NCBI GenBank assembly: GCA_002633005.1
Contig: NMRA01000312.1
Coordinates: 1-64,000 of the forward strand
DNA: 64,000 bases
Reading direction: 5' to 3'
Source of the DNA: Phoronis australis
Taxonomy: Eukaryota; Animalia; Phoronida
The notes beneath the pieces are model-generated. The model was not told the DNA's origin and ran no database searches. It saw only the letters and a list, made by a program, of their open reading frames with translations. The translations under genes and the position numbers were made by a program. Numbering within the stretch: the stretch's first letter is position 1; each line of letters begins with the position of its first letter. Positions 11,201 to 26,200 of this stretch are shown piece after piece.

Positions 11201-14200
11201 ACCCGTTTTAATACATATTTTGTTGAAGAATTTCTATATTTGGATCTTTGACGCTATCCAAAAATTGGCCAACAAAAATTCAGCAAGGAATTACGGAAAT
11301 AAAATGTTGGTAAATTAATGGATAGAATTAACGAGTTCAATAAGGAATAAAAAGAATGGATGCCAAGCACTGAGAAAATAATGACCCCGAACGGCTAATC
11401 CCCGAGCAAACGACTAAATATGTTATGCCTTTTAGATCCTTGAGTTCCCTGCACGTAACCAACTACTGTAACGGGTGTATGTGAGAAATGGTGATTGTAC
11501 GAACATTTGCTTTGCTTTCCACTTCCCCGGTTATCGCCACTTTCTGCATTTTCCAGGTTTCCAGCAGGTTACGTCACTTATTGTTCAGTCAGAAACAAAA
11601 TTACCCTGCCCGGATCCCGAAGCGGACCTGAAACGTCCATGGGCGGTTCCTAATTAATATGACCTCAGCTGTCCAGGGGAGGTACGTTGCTCACACCCGT
11701 TGTAGTATCTGAGTGCAGGCACGCGGCTTATTTGCCAGTAATACCTAGATTGTGCTCTTCTCTGAGTAACGTCAGAGGTTTGGGCTTATGTCAAAAAGAC
11801 AACACTTGAAGTGCCTTCAGTTATCAGTTATTGTTGCTGTGGTTAGTCATTGTTCAAGCTGCTAAGCCTGCCTTCCGCAAGAAAATCAACTTATGAGTTG
11901 GGCGACTAAATGTTATTAAACGGCCTCAGCTTATTTTCTATTTGAATAAGGTTGATTTCTGGCGTGGTAGAATTGAGAGTCGGCTTGAAATTAGGCTCAA
12001 TAAATTGACTTTCATGGCGCCAAGCATGATCTCAAGCATCAACGAACTGTCAGTTTTTTACAGGAGCACAGAAATTAGCTGTTATCTGAACTAGGAAGAA
12101 GTTGAGACCAGTTTTGTAACGTAAAGTGATCTAACGTAAAAAATTACAAATCAAAAATCTGGTAGCCCACAGAAATATTTGCTCGACGTTTCCTCTTCTA
12201 CTGGTTCCCGCGAAAATAGTCCAGTTGCGAGTTTCACAAATGAACAGAGTGGGACAAAATCTGTACAGCCTGCACTTTTGAGGGACCCAGTCAGTCTATA
12301 ATCCCCAGTTGAAGAAACCAGGTGACACTGCAAGAGCGGGAAATATTTCAGAGATTTTCTAGATGTCTTGTCATTTAAAGTTTTCGCATCGCGTAATTCA
12401 CCTGGATGAATCATATAGTGTCCATTATCTAAAATGCTCTAAATCAAAAATAAGATTTTAAGGAAGGCGGGTTTATAGCCCCATTAATTCAAATAAAATT
12501 ACTGTGTTCTGGATCTGTATTCAGTCCCCGTCAGCTTCACTGTTGAGCTCCACTTTGCTAGTTGCTTACTAGGAGCAGGGCGATCGATATGTTTGTAGTC
12601 AAACGTGTCCACTAATTTCGAGGAGACGAACCTATTGCGGTCATTCACCGTCAGCTGCATCCGCACACCGCTCTGAAACAATGAAATGCTACTGTATACC
12701 CAGGTACATGAGGACAATAAACACTTTACTAAATTAGGTCACTGAGCGTTTGTATTATGAAATACTCAAGTCTGTATATTTTAGTGTCAATGTCAATACA
12801 TTTATGAAAGAACAGTAACAACTTTTAAATACTTACTTACTGACTGCCAAATACTAATTAATAGGATAAACAATTTCCTACAGTGGTCTCGAACGATGAA
12901 AGCAAAACAGCTTTACCCCCCGACCCCACATTCCACGACCCTCTCGAACCACGACCCCCTCGAACCACGACACCCTCGAACCATTACCCCCTCGACTGAC
13001 TTTACGGGCAAGCTTGACTCGATTTGAATAATTTATAGAACACGCGCCTACTTCCAGGACAAACGAGTCTGGCCGTGAGCTTGGTTGGCTTTTCCTATTT
13101 TTGCAATTAAATGAGTCGATTTGGCAAGTCTGAAAGCTAAAAACAGAGAAAAAAAAACAACGCGACCAAATCAAATTAAAGACCTACTAACGTTAAAAAA
13201 TCGTCTCGTTCCCGACAGAGTGTAATCGTCTCGTCTGCTCTTCAGTGAATGGCAGATTCGCGATATTTTGGAAGAGTGCGAGAAGCCCACGAATATGTAT
13301 TTTTTAGGAAATACAGTTTGAAAAACAAAATGTTAATTAAAACAGATTCTCAGAGTTACATGTAATGTATTGTAAACGAATATACGACAGAAAGCAATTA
13401 ATAAAAATGTGAAATTATGAGTATACACTATAACGTACTAATCTCTCCCAAAATTTAGTAGAACTGGGTCATCGGTAGTCGCTCATGGAACTATTTCCAA
13501 GCTAGCCAGCTAGCTGTATGGAGACTTTCGCCAAAGTACAGATAGGTTGCGTGTTGAGCTCTGTTAGACCCCGAAGTTTCATAAGCCCGGGTAGTTGTGC
13601 TCGTCATCTCGCCGTGAAACTTAAATCAACAATTAAAACTAACGACCTGCGAGGGTGCAAAATCTGGTAGTCAACCGACACTCACCTTGCCGGTTGCAGC
13701 CGTTTTTAAGTGAAAAACAATTTAGTAAGTGTCATTGCCTTGCATAATTCTCCGCCTTTTGCAACATAAAAAATCTGTCGTCGTTTTCAAAACAGTACGC
13801 GCACGCACCATTTTCTAAAATTTTGCAACATATCTCGCGACAGCTTCGAAGCAGCAGAATTTGTTCCAAAATTCGGTTTGATGGTATTAAAATACTAAAA
13901 ACTTGTAACGAAATGAAACCAGTTCGATCAATAAGATTGTTGTCACATGTACGCAACCTCGTGGAAGAGAAGAACAGTTCATTTCAGAATCGGGGGAAAA
14001 GAAACTGGCCAATAGGTGACGCAACATTTCATGGCGCCGAAAGCCGACGCAAAAGACCGCACCACAATTTTAGCAGCCGAATAACGATAGAACTCCATTT
14101 TTTCCAACACCGGTAAATAATTTAGTTTACTCAAGGAAGAGTGTACTTTTTAATGACAGTAACTTTATGGCAGATTTTATTTGGTAAGTTGTTTACCAAT

Positions 14201-17200
14201 GTCGACGCAAAGTTGTATATTTAGCATACATATATTTAATATGCAGCTTTGCACCAAAGCTTACTGTTTCCGTGACAACGATAACGCACTCACAATCCGC
14301 CATTTCACTGAGATCATGTTCTTAGGCCACTTTTTGTTTTTAAGCACTAGTCTTGAGCCAGAACAGATTCGTGTAGGTAAGTCGTATGGAAGAGCCACTC
14401 GAAAGCGATGTAATAAGATTATGGAATGTGTAAAAAGCGCAAAGATACTTCTACTGCCGCAAGTCGTGGTTCGAGAGGAACCACGAGGAAAGTCAACTTT
14501 TCTCGTAGGAATAATCGAAACTCAGGAATTTTATCATGGGGTGGTAGTCATTAAAAGCGCCATAGAATTTTTTTATCATTTCACCTCCACCGTGATCAAA
14601 ATTAGAAAAATATCGGCGACATATCCTCGAAAAAAAGGGGTTTGAGGAGATAACATTTGAAAAAAAGACTCTTTTAGAGAAACAAGTTAGCGCATTGAGG
14701 AGCCACCCTAGTAGCATAAAAGTACCACAGCATTGTAAATATAGTGACGGTTGTTGAATGAGAAGCAATTGTGCCCCAGGATGAGATTGACAAGTTAGCG
14801 AGCAATTCCTTGTATTTGATTTACAGACTTAATTACTTTCTGATATTGTTCCTGTATCAACTAACAATATATTTATTGCGAACATTCTAAGTCCCGTAAG
14901 CACGCCATCTGTTGGCCACATCAACAGATGGCGTGCTGACGGGACTTTGAGTGTTCACAGCATATTTCCAACGCATATTAAGATTGATGAATTAATCTTG
15001 GAGTCCGATCGATATCTTTGAGAGTTTTTTTCAGAAAAATTGCCTACGTGCTTTGCTACTTGGGGATCGGATGATAGAGATTTTCCCAACTTCATCTTGC
15101 AACTAAGTTTACTGAAGCATCAACATTTCTAACAATATTCGGTTCTAATTGTCAAAAAATTATCTACACAAACATGTAAATCAGAAACCAACAAATTCCT
15201 TGTTCATCAAATCAGTGCATTGTAAGTAATTCTCGAAGGCACGCTCGCACATTCTTGACAGGTAACCGGGGTAACATGAGGAAGGGGACATCCCACGGGG
15301 TTTGGGGGATCAAGGCGTTACTTGTGTTAACGTGGTTTTGTATTCATTTCAGAGGTAGCTACAACGGTTTATGAATTAAACTTGAGTTCCGGAAATCGCT
15401 GAAATCTTTGTTTATGGTTGCCAATACATGTAAGGTAGTTTGAGTAGATGTGTACTTTGTGGTTGAACCTGGTTATCAAAAATCATGCGCGACAGTCTGT
15501 TTGGCACTTGTGAGTTTCTTACAAACTATTGAATGATGCTCAAACGAAATACCATTCTTAAGATAGTATGGGTTAACGTATTGGCATTTAACCGAATGCC
15601 TAGATACTGCTCTGCTTTGCACGAATTTGTTTTTTACGATGAATTTTTAATCTATTCTCCTCCCCCCTCGCGAACAGTTGATAGTGCCGGATTTACAGAG
15701 GAGAAAAGAGACAATTGCTCCGGGCCACCCCTCCCTCGAGAGAAGACCCTGTCTGATTAGGTTTCTACATATGAAAGGTTAAGTATTATTAAAAATAGAA
15801 AAGATAGGCAGTTATATCTATCAGCTGAAACATTCAAGGTTGATTTTACTGGTGATTTTGATGCGGGTCTGGGTCTGAGAAAAATTAAGTTATTGATGAC
15901 AGTGTAAACCATGTTCCGAGTCTAGAACAAAGTAATATTTATATTCAAAACGACTTTCAGTTGCACAGGAAAAGCAAAGAATGATACAAATGTAAATCAG
16001 TATGGGAAGGAGTCTGTGTTCTTTTAATGGAATTCGTATTGTCAATGACCACTCTAAGTTAACCCCGAAGGTACATTCACGTTCCTTTCTTCAAGAGGTT
16101 CTAGTATTATTGGCTTAATTGTAGAAACCTCTTTATTTGAGTATCTCAATGACTTTGACGTCATGAAAATTGATTTGCCTTTACACTTCCCTGTTGCATG
16201 TACGTTTAACACAAAATGGAATGTACCAGAGCAACTCAACAAGCCAAAAGGACCAATAGTGTCGTGGGTCAGATACAAATGGGAAAAACGTATGGCTGAG
16301 GATTTCATCAAGAGCATGAGAGAGAAACTGTCCAACGGTAAACTGGCGGGAATTTTGAATAATACAAATGTCAATAATAGCATTGAACTTTTGTCGGATA
16401 GCTTGAGATCATGTGGCAGAAACATACCGAGAAAACTCATCGACCGTGTTAAAGAAAACAAAGAGTCTGCGTGGCTTGAAATTGAAAGTGAACAGAAACT
16501 GTTAGAAAAGCGATCGTCATTGAAGCGCTTTAGAGCATCTAGAAATAATGACGATCTGGCGGAATACTTAGAAATCAATAAAAATGATTTTAAAAATGTG
16601 TAAAGAGAAAAACAAAATGTACCAAGTCAAATGCCAAAGTGAATTATGTGATCACGTTTGGGATACTGTCAAGTTTTTGGGAACAATAAAAACATTGCCC
16701 TCATCAACCAATCCAAGCTATGACTAAGGTACCCCAATGTCAGAATGGGAGTGGTTCAGGTATTTTAAGGATTTGTATAGCTCTGAACGAGAAGAGGAAA
16801 ATAAAACAGTTTCCGAGACCGTGACCCAAACCTTGTTCGACCAAGACGCTAAATGCGAGAAGTGTGCAAACGATGCCGTTTACGACGACCTTCACAATTT
16901 AAATAACAATATCAGCCAGAATGAAATTACAAAAGCAGTTCAATCTCTCAAAAATAGCAAATCGTCGGTTGAGGACGGTATATCAAATGAATTTTTCTAG
17001 TCATCCGTAGCCGAAAGTCTAACTATAATGTTGCACAATCTATCAAATAGAATTTTCAACACCAGAACTTTTCCTGAAGCTTGGTCCAAGAGAATTTTCA
17101 TACCACTACACAAAAAAATGAGACAAGAATAACCCAAGCAGCTACAGAGTAATGTCTTAACTTAATATAAACGAAATATTTACATCCATTGTCAACAAGA

Positions 17201-20200
17201 GGACCTCTGAATGAGCGAACGTAGCTAAATGCATCCCAGAGGAACAGACCGGGTTTCTTGCAGGATATTCTACATTTTTTCACAACAAATCTTGATCCAG
17301 AAAGACTTAACAAAAAGACTAGAAATTTTACTGTGCATATGCAGATTTCGCATAGGCATTTGAGAGCGTCGGGGTTTCCAGTCCGTTTTATGTGATACTT
17401 GCGAAGGGTATACACGCTAAAATGTATAAAATATTGCGCAACGTTTACCATGATGTTGAGGCTTGTGTTAAAATTCGCGGTCATACTACTCCATTGCAAA
17501 ACCGGTGTCAGGCAAGGGTGCATGCTAAGCCCATGGTTATTCTCTATGTTCATAAATGGTCTGGTCCCTGATTTAAGAGAGCGTGATGGCAAAGGAATCT
17601 ATATTAATACTGATTGAGAGATTACTTAACTATTTTTTGCGGATGATCTAGTGTTGATTGATGAAAATGTAATTGAGCTGCAACGAAAACTTAATTAACG
17701 TGCTTAAATATCTTTCTAATATTGACATCTTACAGTGAATCTAGAAAATAAATGTCATTGCTTACAAGTGTGGTTGCGCCGTCTGTTCACACGAAAATGA
17801 TGCTTTGGCGATAAATTAAATGAAACCAAGCCGCATTATGAATACCTAGGTGTTACATTCTACTGTCGTCTCAATATTGGAGTCAAGCCTGCAAAGTTCT
17901 TGCAGTACAGGCTCGAGAAGCACTAAATTCGACAAAGGCGTGTTTGTCAGTTACACTTTCAGTCCTTTTTAAGCTGTTTAATAGTATAACCCTAACAATT
18001 TAAGCTATGATGCAGAGATTTGGTTGTCTCAATTGTGAATTTTATAGAAATTGTTCATAAAGGCATCCGCATGTACGCCTTGTGTTTTAACAAAAGGACG
18101 CCAAATGTCATGACTACGGGCGAGTGTGGTAGATATATACTTGCTATAAATTTAAGCCTATTGTTTCCTACAAAGGCTGCTTCAGTTATAGATGTCCAAT
18201 TAAGTGTTACAATATGTTAAGGCAGCAACGTCTCTTCGGGTGGCAGGTACAACTGGACACATTCTGTAGAAATGCTACTGTACACCTACGGGTTTGGAGA
18301 GTTATCGTTATACGGAAACGGTGACGTTGGTTTATCAGAGGCGAATCTACAGGGGGGGTTCAGGGGGTTTAAACCCCCCCTCGGGACAGGATCAAAAATA
18401 AAAACTGGAAAAAAATCGCCAGAAAAACGAAATTAGCTACTAAAAATCTCAAAAAATCTTACACGGGAGGAGGGAAACCCTCTCGCGACCTTCCTTCTCC
18501 TCGGCGCTACGCGCCTCGGATTCTGTCGAATCCTAAACCCCCCCCTTACTGAAATCGTAGATCTGCCACTGTTTATTACTTTTAGAATTTCATCAGACAT
18601 TAATTGACTTTGACGTACAAAATTGGCACTGTATAATCAATAATTCGACTAATTATTAATTCTATTGTACTATCAAAAAGGAACTACAGTGTGAAAAATA
18701 TCCGTGCGTTTTAAACCCCAACTCAAGGAAAATACTTGCTCGTTTAAGGTGCTCAATGCACAAGCTTTACATTGAATGAGTGTGGCACGCACGTCTAACC
18801 GAAGATAAGAGAATTTGTGGAATATGCAATACTGGTCAAATTGAAAACAAGATTCATTTTATGTGTCACTGCCCTGTCCTTGGTGATGTGCGCTGAAATT
18901 TGCTGACGAATGTGACCGATGATGCAAGAGCAGTTAGATTTCTTCAAAAGTCGTGATTCTGTGTAAACTAAAAAACCTGACATATATTTCAATAGCAACT
19001 GTAATAAGACCTGAAACTTTATCATTGTAACGTTGTAATGTAAACTGTATTACGAGGCCAAGGCCTACATACAATGAGCATTTCTGATTCTTTCTTATTA
19101 TTCCTTCATCGTGTGACCCTCCAAGAAGTGACCTTCCTTGACAGGGCAGACAAAACGCACACCACCAGAATCCGAAAATCGTTTCTAAAATTGATATAAT
19201 GAGATTTATGGCACTCTGACATAAATCCTATTATTTGGGCAAATACCATTATAGAGCCCTTCATGCTTCATGTCCAACTCCTGGTTAGTTCCTACCAAGT
19301 CCGATGGTTGCGCTGTTTGTTCTTTCTCTCCAGCTTCCTGTTGGCCCAGCCTCAAGCAACAGTACATTCACTCGTAAGTTTTTACTAATTAGACAAGTTT
19401 ATACCTCTCCCGCCCTCCCTACCCGGGGTACCACAAAATTTCACGTCAACCGCTTACTACCTTTCCCACGCTCCACCGCTTTTGCCGAACAAAATCTGCC
19501 GTTGGTTATTGTTGTTTTTACAGTCACTGCTGGTACCTTCTTCAAGCCCGGAGGGTGTTACCGTCAGGCAAGAACCGACGTCATTGGCGAGCGACCAGAC
19601 CTGTACTTGAGCATCCATTACTGCAGCTTGCTTCTCTCCACCCCGGTCACAGCTCTCGGCACATACTGAGCCACAACACCACGTTCCTTACAATATCTCT
19701 TTTTATCACTCCCGCTGGTCTGCTCACTCAGCTTGTCCGGAACCTGCTTTGCAGGTTGTTATAGCCCAGTTGGCTGTTTGGTGTACCCACTTGGTACTTT
19801 ATACGATATTTGCCCATTTGGCAGTTTGTACCCACTTGGTACTTGTTATTGACCCAGTTGGTAGGCAATCGGCCAATACCCATTTAGTATTATGTACCCA
19901 TTTGGTACTATGCTAACCTGTGCCACTTAGTATCCGATACTCAATTACACTTTGGCTATCGGAAATGTGTGTGCTATCTCTTGTAATTAAGGAACCCATC
20001 TGGTTCCTTCTGTGAAATATTCATTTGTAGAGCTGTGACCCTGAAATTCCCAATACAACTTAAAATATTTATTATTCTTGTTGTTTTATTTGTCCCCAAT
20101 AAAGCATTTTAGGGAAATAGACTGAGTTTATCTGATTATTTGTCTTCCAAAAATTCAGTTTTTACATACCGGTACTGCATTGTCAAATGTGCGTTCAAAT

Positions 20201-23200
20201 AGCAGCTAGTCGTTCTCCACCTTTCGTGTGTAGTCGGGTCCCTAACAATGTGTAATTTGCTTTGACTACCAAATTCATCAGGGTGTTTGTTCGAGATAGG
20301 TAATTGTGTAAAGTACGAGTAAATCATATCATCTCTTTATTGGCGCTAAGCTTTACGATATTTTTTCAACATGGACGTACGCCATGTCCTAAAGCTGCGG
20401 CAGTAACCTCATGCATTTTTAAAGATAGCGTTTGTATCAATGGACACAATTAGACAAAATGGGCACAGTGGTTCAAATGAAGATTATGGATGAGGACCCT
20501 GCAACCAATTATGTCCATTTCATCACAATGGGTCAAAACGAATTAAATGGCCGATTTAAACGACCTATGTAAAATACAAATTATTGTTAAACCTAATGAA
20601 TATCAAATCCAACTTGACAGATAAAATGGTGAAAATGGACATAATTATTGAAAATGGAAATAGTGACTCAAAATAGTATAATGAGTCAACATGGACATTC
20701 TGGGTCAAAATGAACATAATGGCTCAGGGCCCACCGACCCATTTAGCATAATGGACCAAAACGGAATCAGTGGCCGTTTTGTGGAAATAAACTTTATCCA
20801 AACGTATTTGAATAGATCAAAATCGGCTTAGCTAATGAAAATGAATTTAGTGGTTGAAAACGGACATAGTTTGGAAAAATGGACACAATTGGTAACGTCT
20901 CTTGATCAAAGCTCACAAATGCGCAGATATTTTAATATTTTCTTAGCTTTATTGGTCTATTTTTGTGTCTTAGCTTCTGCAATGGAAGTAGTAATAAAAA
21001 TATTCCCCCCGTCTTGATCACAGCACTGAAAAATAACGGTGGAAACTGTGTTGATTAGCTTAACTTGAGGTAAGGACTGTATCGCAAAGAACAGATTTTA
21101 CGCTACCACGGAGTGAAAGTCGACGAACGCAGAGAGCAGACGATTGTGTGAGTAAAAACACATGCTGGATAAGTAAGTGGCAATTTCCAGTGAACATATC
21201 AGTGGAGATATACTGCATTCATAACGAAACTTTGTTCGTTTGATTTGAAATTGATGTTTGGCGGATTTTGGTTAGCCTGCTATTGGCCTATTTATGATGA
21301 CACAGATTGAAGCTATGGGGCATAAAATAGTCGCCTGATAGCCGTGCATCGGAAATATAATCGGTCAATCTTTGATTTGATGTTTTTAGATCCGTAAAAC
21401 TGCTTTTTCAGGAACAACGCCTTGGATGAATGCTTCAGGTAATCCAAATGAACCCAATCTCATTTGGCGTTGTACACGTTAATTTACTCCGGCCACCAGG
21501 AGACTACACACCCTCCAACCGTGAAATACGGCCTCTCAAGTTGTATACGGATTGGCTCTAGTTTCCAGTATTTCATGGTATATATCATGGGTTATTGAAT
21601 GCCCGTATTTAAGCACATGTGGGATAAAATAACGTAATCTATGAAAACGTAATATATGGAGTTAAGTTTTAAGACATTAATTTTTGGAAGTGAAGTGAAT
21701 TTAGTTTCAATCATTACAGGCTTTCATCAGGAGAATTGCCTCTAATATCACATTTCTGAAAACCATTCTTGACCTTACCTTCCACTGTTTGAACTTTCCT
21801 TCAAAAGTTATCGGTTTGTTCTGGAACCAGGCAGCCGATAGGTCGTTTGTGTCGTCGGGACCGTTCTTGGTCGTTTTTCCATAGACACACTGTGATCTGT
21901 GATAGTTTGAATCTTAAGATATCAAAGTCAATGGCAAGATGCCCCACGGTTATATACACGGCTTTGTTATGGGGATTGTTAGTCGAGTATAGGCGGGTAA
22001 AGTAAGTTGTTTGACGCTGACGTTTCTGCATTCCGGTCGACCCTACTAATTGCTATTTTTCCATCGTCTGATCGTCAAAATAATTGTCCAAAACTGTTAA
22101 CTTATATTTTTTCAACTTGGGAAAGCCTTGACAATCTCACGCGATCAGCAATTACTGTTAACGCGTCCATGTACCTTTCAACTCCACTGATTGCCCACTC
22201 TGGGATATCTGATGCACTGGCAACTTACAACACTTTTCTCAAGAGCAATAATAAAAACCAGTCCACACAACACCGGAGCTGAATGTTTTTTTACTGCATG
22301 AGTTGAGAATCTACTGCATCTTCACTTAGCCACAACTAACTTACCTAAGAGGTTCAAAACACATGACAAATTCATAGTCACAGGCATTACAACCACCAAA
22401 GAACCCTCTGTCACAACACTGTCCATCAGCTTTAACACCACCAGGGTTGTTGTACTCAATGAACTTGACACGGATTTGTCCACTTGCTGAGGTTTCAAGA
22501 ACCAGCTATAATTACATACAATAAAACAATGATTGCACATCACGAACTAAGGGGGTCGTTCAATATATCAAACGCCCAAGAAAATTTTAGTGGAACACCT
22601 TTTTCTAGACAAGGGAACAATTTGGCCTAACGCATACCCGTATGTCAGAAGTTACCTGTGATATTACCCCTCTAAACATTTACTTGATAAAAGTGTACTG
22701 CAATAATGTGTGACACTGGGTGAAATAGAATATAATATTAGATAGAAAGAAAAAATGTAAGGTAAGACGCTGTTTATTTTCATTACATAATACATAAAAT
22801 TTGATATTGTGTCACGGGTTCGCATTTCAGACTGACTAAATAAAAAGACCAACAGTTCAATCATATATTCGGCTTATACCTACGATACAGCCACACTTCA
22901 CAAACTCCGATTCAAGACTGGCTTAGACCACGAGGCCTCCAGTGCCCTGTTGCATGAAATAGTCCGGCCCAAATAGAGACTCAACTAAGTTCCCTAAATC
23001 TACGGCGTAACTATAGACTTGTGAAAACACTGATTGTCCTTTCTTATGCTGTTTGAGTTTCATTACTAACACAAATTGAGAGTGAATTCAGCGTTGAATT
23101 CTAAAAATTATCGAAATGTTTTCATTGAATTCTGGGCTCAGATTTTAGTTATATTTATTAGAAAATGTCATTAGTCAAATGGGAGCTCACAATAACAATG

Positions 23201-26200
23201 AAATGACAGAAAAAGATTACATCTCTGTGTAAACAAAGACGCATATAAGGCAAAAGATTTTGGGAACCGTTAGTTGAGTACCTAGTTGGGACGTTTCATC
23301 CAACCTGGCACAGAGAACCCGCACGGAAATTTACATGCCTATCAATGACTAGCCAACAAATGGCTTCAAATAGACGTCACAATGGACATCAGAATATGAA
23401 TAGTGACTCGCGCTAACGGGCGAGAGCTCGCTCCCGTTCAGTAACGCTAGGACCTCGCTAAAAAGCAAGACTTCGCGAGATTACATGAGATATTGCCGTG
23501 TATTTTAAATAAGAACGCGCGACTTTGACTAGATTTTAGCTAGGTCCAAGCGTAGGTCGTAGCGTCTACTGAACGCACGCCTCGTCCCTCCACACACTTC
23601 CCCCGTACAGAAAAATGGCGTCCCGACATTACAAAGTAAACTGCATTAAGTTTTGGCTGAACTCAAGATACCTAATAACGACAGACAACTGACAGTGAAA
23701 ATAATAACATTACCATGGTCAGATAGAAACAATCCAACAACAAAAACAATCAATGGGTATCAACATCATGTCGCAATACTTCAAAAATGTAATTTGTGGG
23801 CATACTTCTACCACAGCATGACTTGTATACTTAATTAACAAGTGAACTCTAGGTGACTGTGAGGGTTGTCACAATGTATATATCATGTAACCACAACACT
23901 ATAGGAGGACCTCGCTCATCACAGCGTTTACACTAGCTGCAATGGGCTTCGGTAAGTTCCTATGAAGAATACGCGTTTTACTTGAAACACCATTTAACGA
24001 TTTGACAAGTATACAGGTATGTTCTGGTCGGGTTGACTAACTACGTCTTACAGTTCTGATTCCCAATGGTCATCAAGTTTGTTAGTACGAACAACTTTCC
24101 TAACCAAAACATAAATCTTGTTCACATCCTGAACATACTGTTTCACGTCACTACTGGACCTAAATTTAATGTTCATTTGCTCATCTACCATCAAACTTGG
24201 ATGCCAGCCGAACATCAGGTAAAATGGTCAGTATCCAGTGCTAGCCTGAGGGCTAGCATTATAAGCAAAACACATCTTAGCAACATAACTAGGTCACTTG
24301 GATTTCTGATCCTCATGTAATGTACCTAACATGTTCAACAATGTGTGGTTAAACCGTTCACATGATTCATTCCCCTGAGCATGGCACGGAGTGGTATGAG
24401 ATTTATCGGCACCCGGTATCAGACAAAGCTCACCTGAATCAGCTTGGATTCGAAGCTACGACCCTGATCAGAATGGATCCTTTGAGGCACACCATAGGGA
24501 ATAATCAGGTGGTCAAACAAAGCTTTAGCTGTTGTCTTAGCCAGTTGGTTAGTGGTGGGAACCGCAATGGCAAATTTGGTAAAACGGTCAGCTATTGTAC
24601 CTTCCTGATGGTTCAACAGACAGATGGTCAATACATCTAGACTATTTCTCAAGGTTAGGTGGTGAGAGCTTTCTCTACAGGGCGTTTGCGTCGCAAACAA
24701 CGTTCACAATTTCTCAAGTGCTGTTCAATATCAGTGCACATATGAGACCTGTAAAACCTGCTTCGCACCAAGCTAAAAATACGTTCACGACCTAAAGGAC
24801 CGAATTCGTCATGCAACGCGTGTATGACATCACTACCGGCCTATGGAATGCAACTCATTCCATCAGCAGCCTGGTTATTACAAACCCTACAATACTCAAT
24901 GCTAAAGTTGAAGCATGACGGACGCGAGAGCCACACGTAAGTATGTACGACAAAGGATTATTGTCAGTTATAACATGGAAATAACTGCCGTACAAATAAT
25001 CATAAAATTTCTCAGTCACTCTCCTTTCCAGAGCGAGGAACTCGAGTTTGTACGGGTAATAGTTCTTTTCAGATTTGTTGACACCTCTCGAGGCATAGGC
25101 TATAACACGTGTTACACCTTCCTGTGTCTGTTACGATACTGCTCTTAACCAGACACGCAAGCATCTGTATGCAACTCAAAGGGTAAACTGCAATCTGCAT
25201 AACCTAATATTGGAGGTGTTGTCAAACTTTGCTTTAGAAACTTTCAAAACACTTCTGCTGCTCCTCCCCCGACTTAAGAGAGGTAAACTTCCTTCGTTGA
25301 TCCCGTTTCATAATTTTACTGTGACCCTTCAAAAGATCATTCAGTGGCCTAGCAACTGAACTAAAATTTTTGACAAACTTCCTCAAATAACCAGTAAAAC
25401 CCATAAATTGCCTCAATTCATGGACAGTAGTAGGTCGAGGCCAGTGCCTCAGAGCCTTAGTCTTATCAGGGTCAACTTCAACACCGTCTGCCGATATAAT
25501 GTGTCCAGGTACCTAATTCTTGTTTGCAGGAATTTACATTTTGACAGCTTAAGCTTCAACCCACAACTTTAGAGTCGTTGAAACACCCACCGGAGACGAT
25601 CGAGGTGCTCATCAAATCTTTTCGAAAACACAATAATGTCGTCTAAATAAACGTAGCAATCCTCCAATAGCATACCATTAAAACACTTTTCCATTAGCCG
25701 TTGGAATGTCGCAGGGGAATTGGAGAGACCCATAGGAAGACGGTTATACTCAAAATGACCTCTATTCCCGACTGTAATAATGTGTGACATTGGGTGAAAT
25801 AGAATATAAGATTAGATAGAAAGATAAAATGTAAGGTAAGAAGTTGTTTATTTTCATTACATAATACGTAAAATTTGATATTACAAACAGTGGCTGAGCT
25901 ACCTGATACACGATGTGTATGATGCAATTTCGTAAAGATAATGAAGATAATAATCACATCTATTAACAAACTGGTCATATGCATTTATGATACACTCGTA
26001 TTTGATATCAAACTGACATTGAACTTTTAGTGAAACTACACAACTTTCACTATGACGGTATTGTTTGATATCTTATAACAGACACAGGCTGAGGTCCTCA
26101 GACACAATAATTTCGCGAAGGAAGCTAGTGTCCGAAGTACACTAGTCCGAAAACATATTTTTTGTACATGCGATGATACACAATTAATACTTCGGTCGCT

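Noticed and set aside
25900-25984. MTSLLIDVIIIFIIF... as gene A's signal-peptide exon
   Set aside because: Its donor is phase 1 whereas exon 2 needs phase 0; 28799-28849 fits better.
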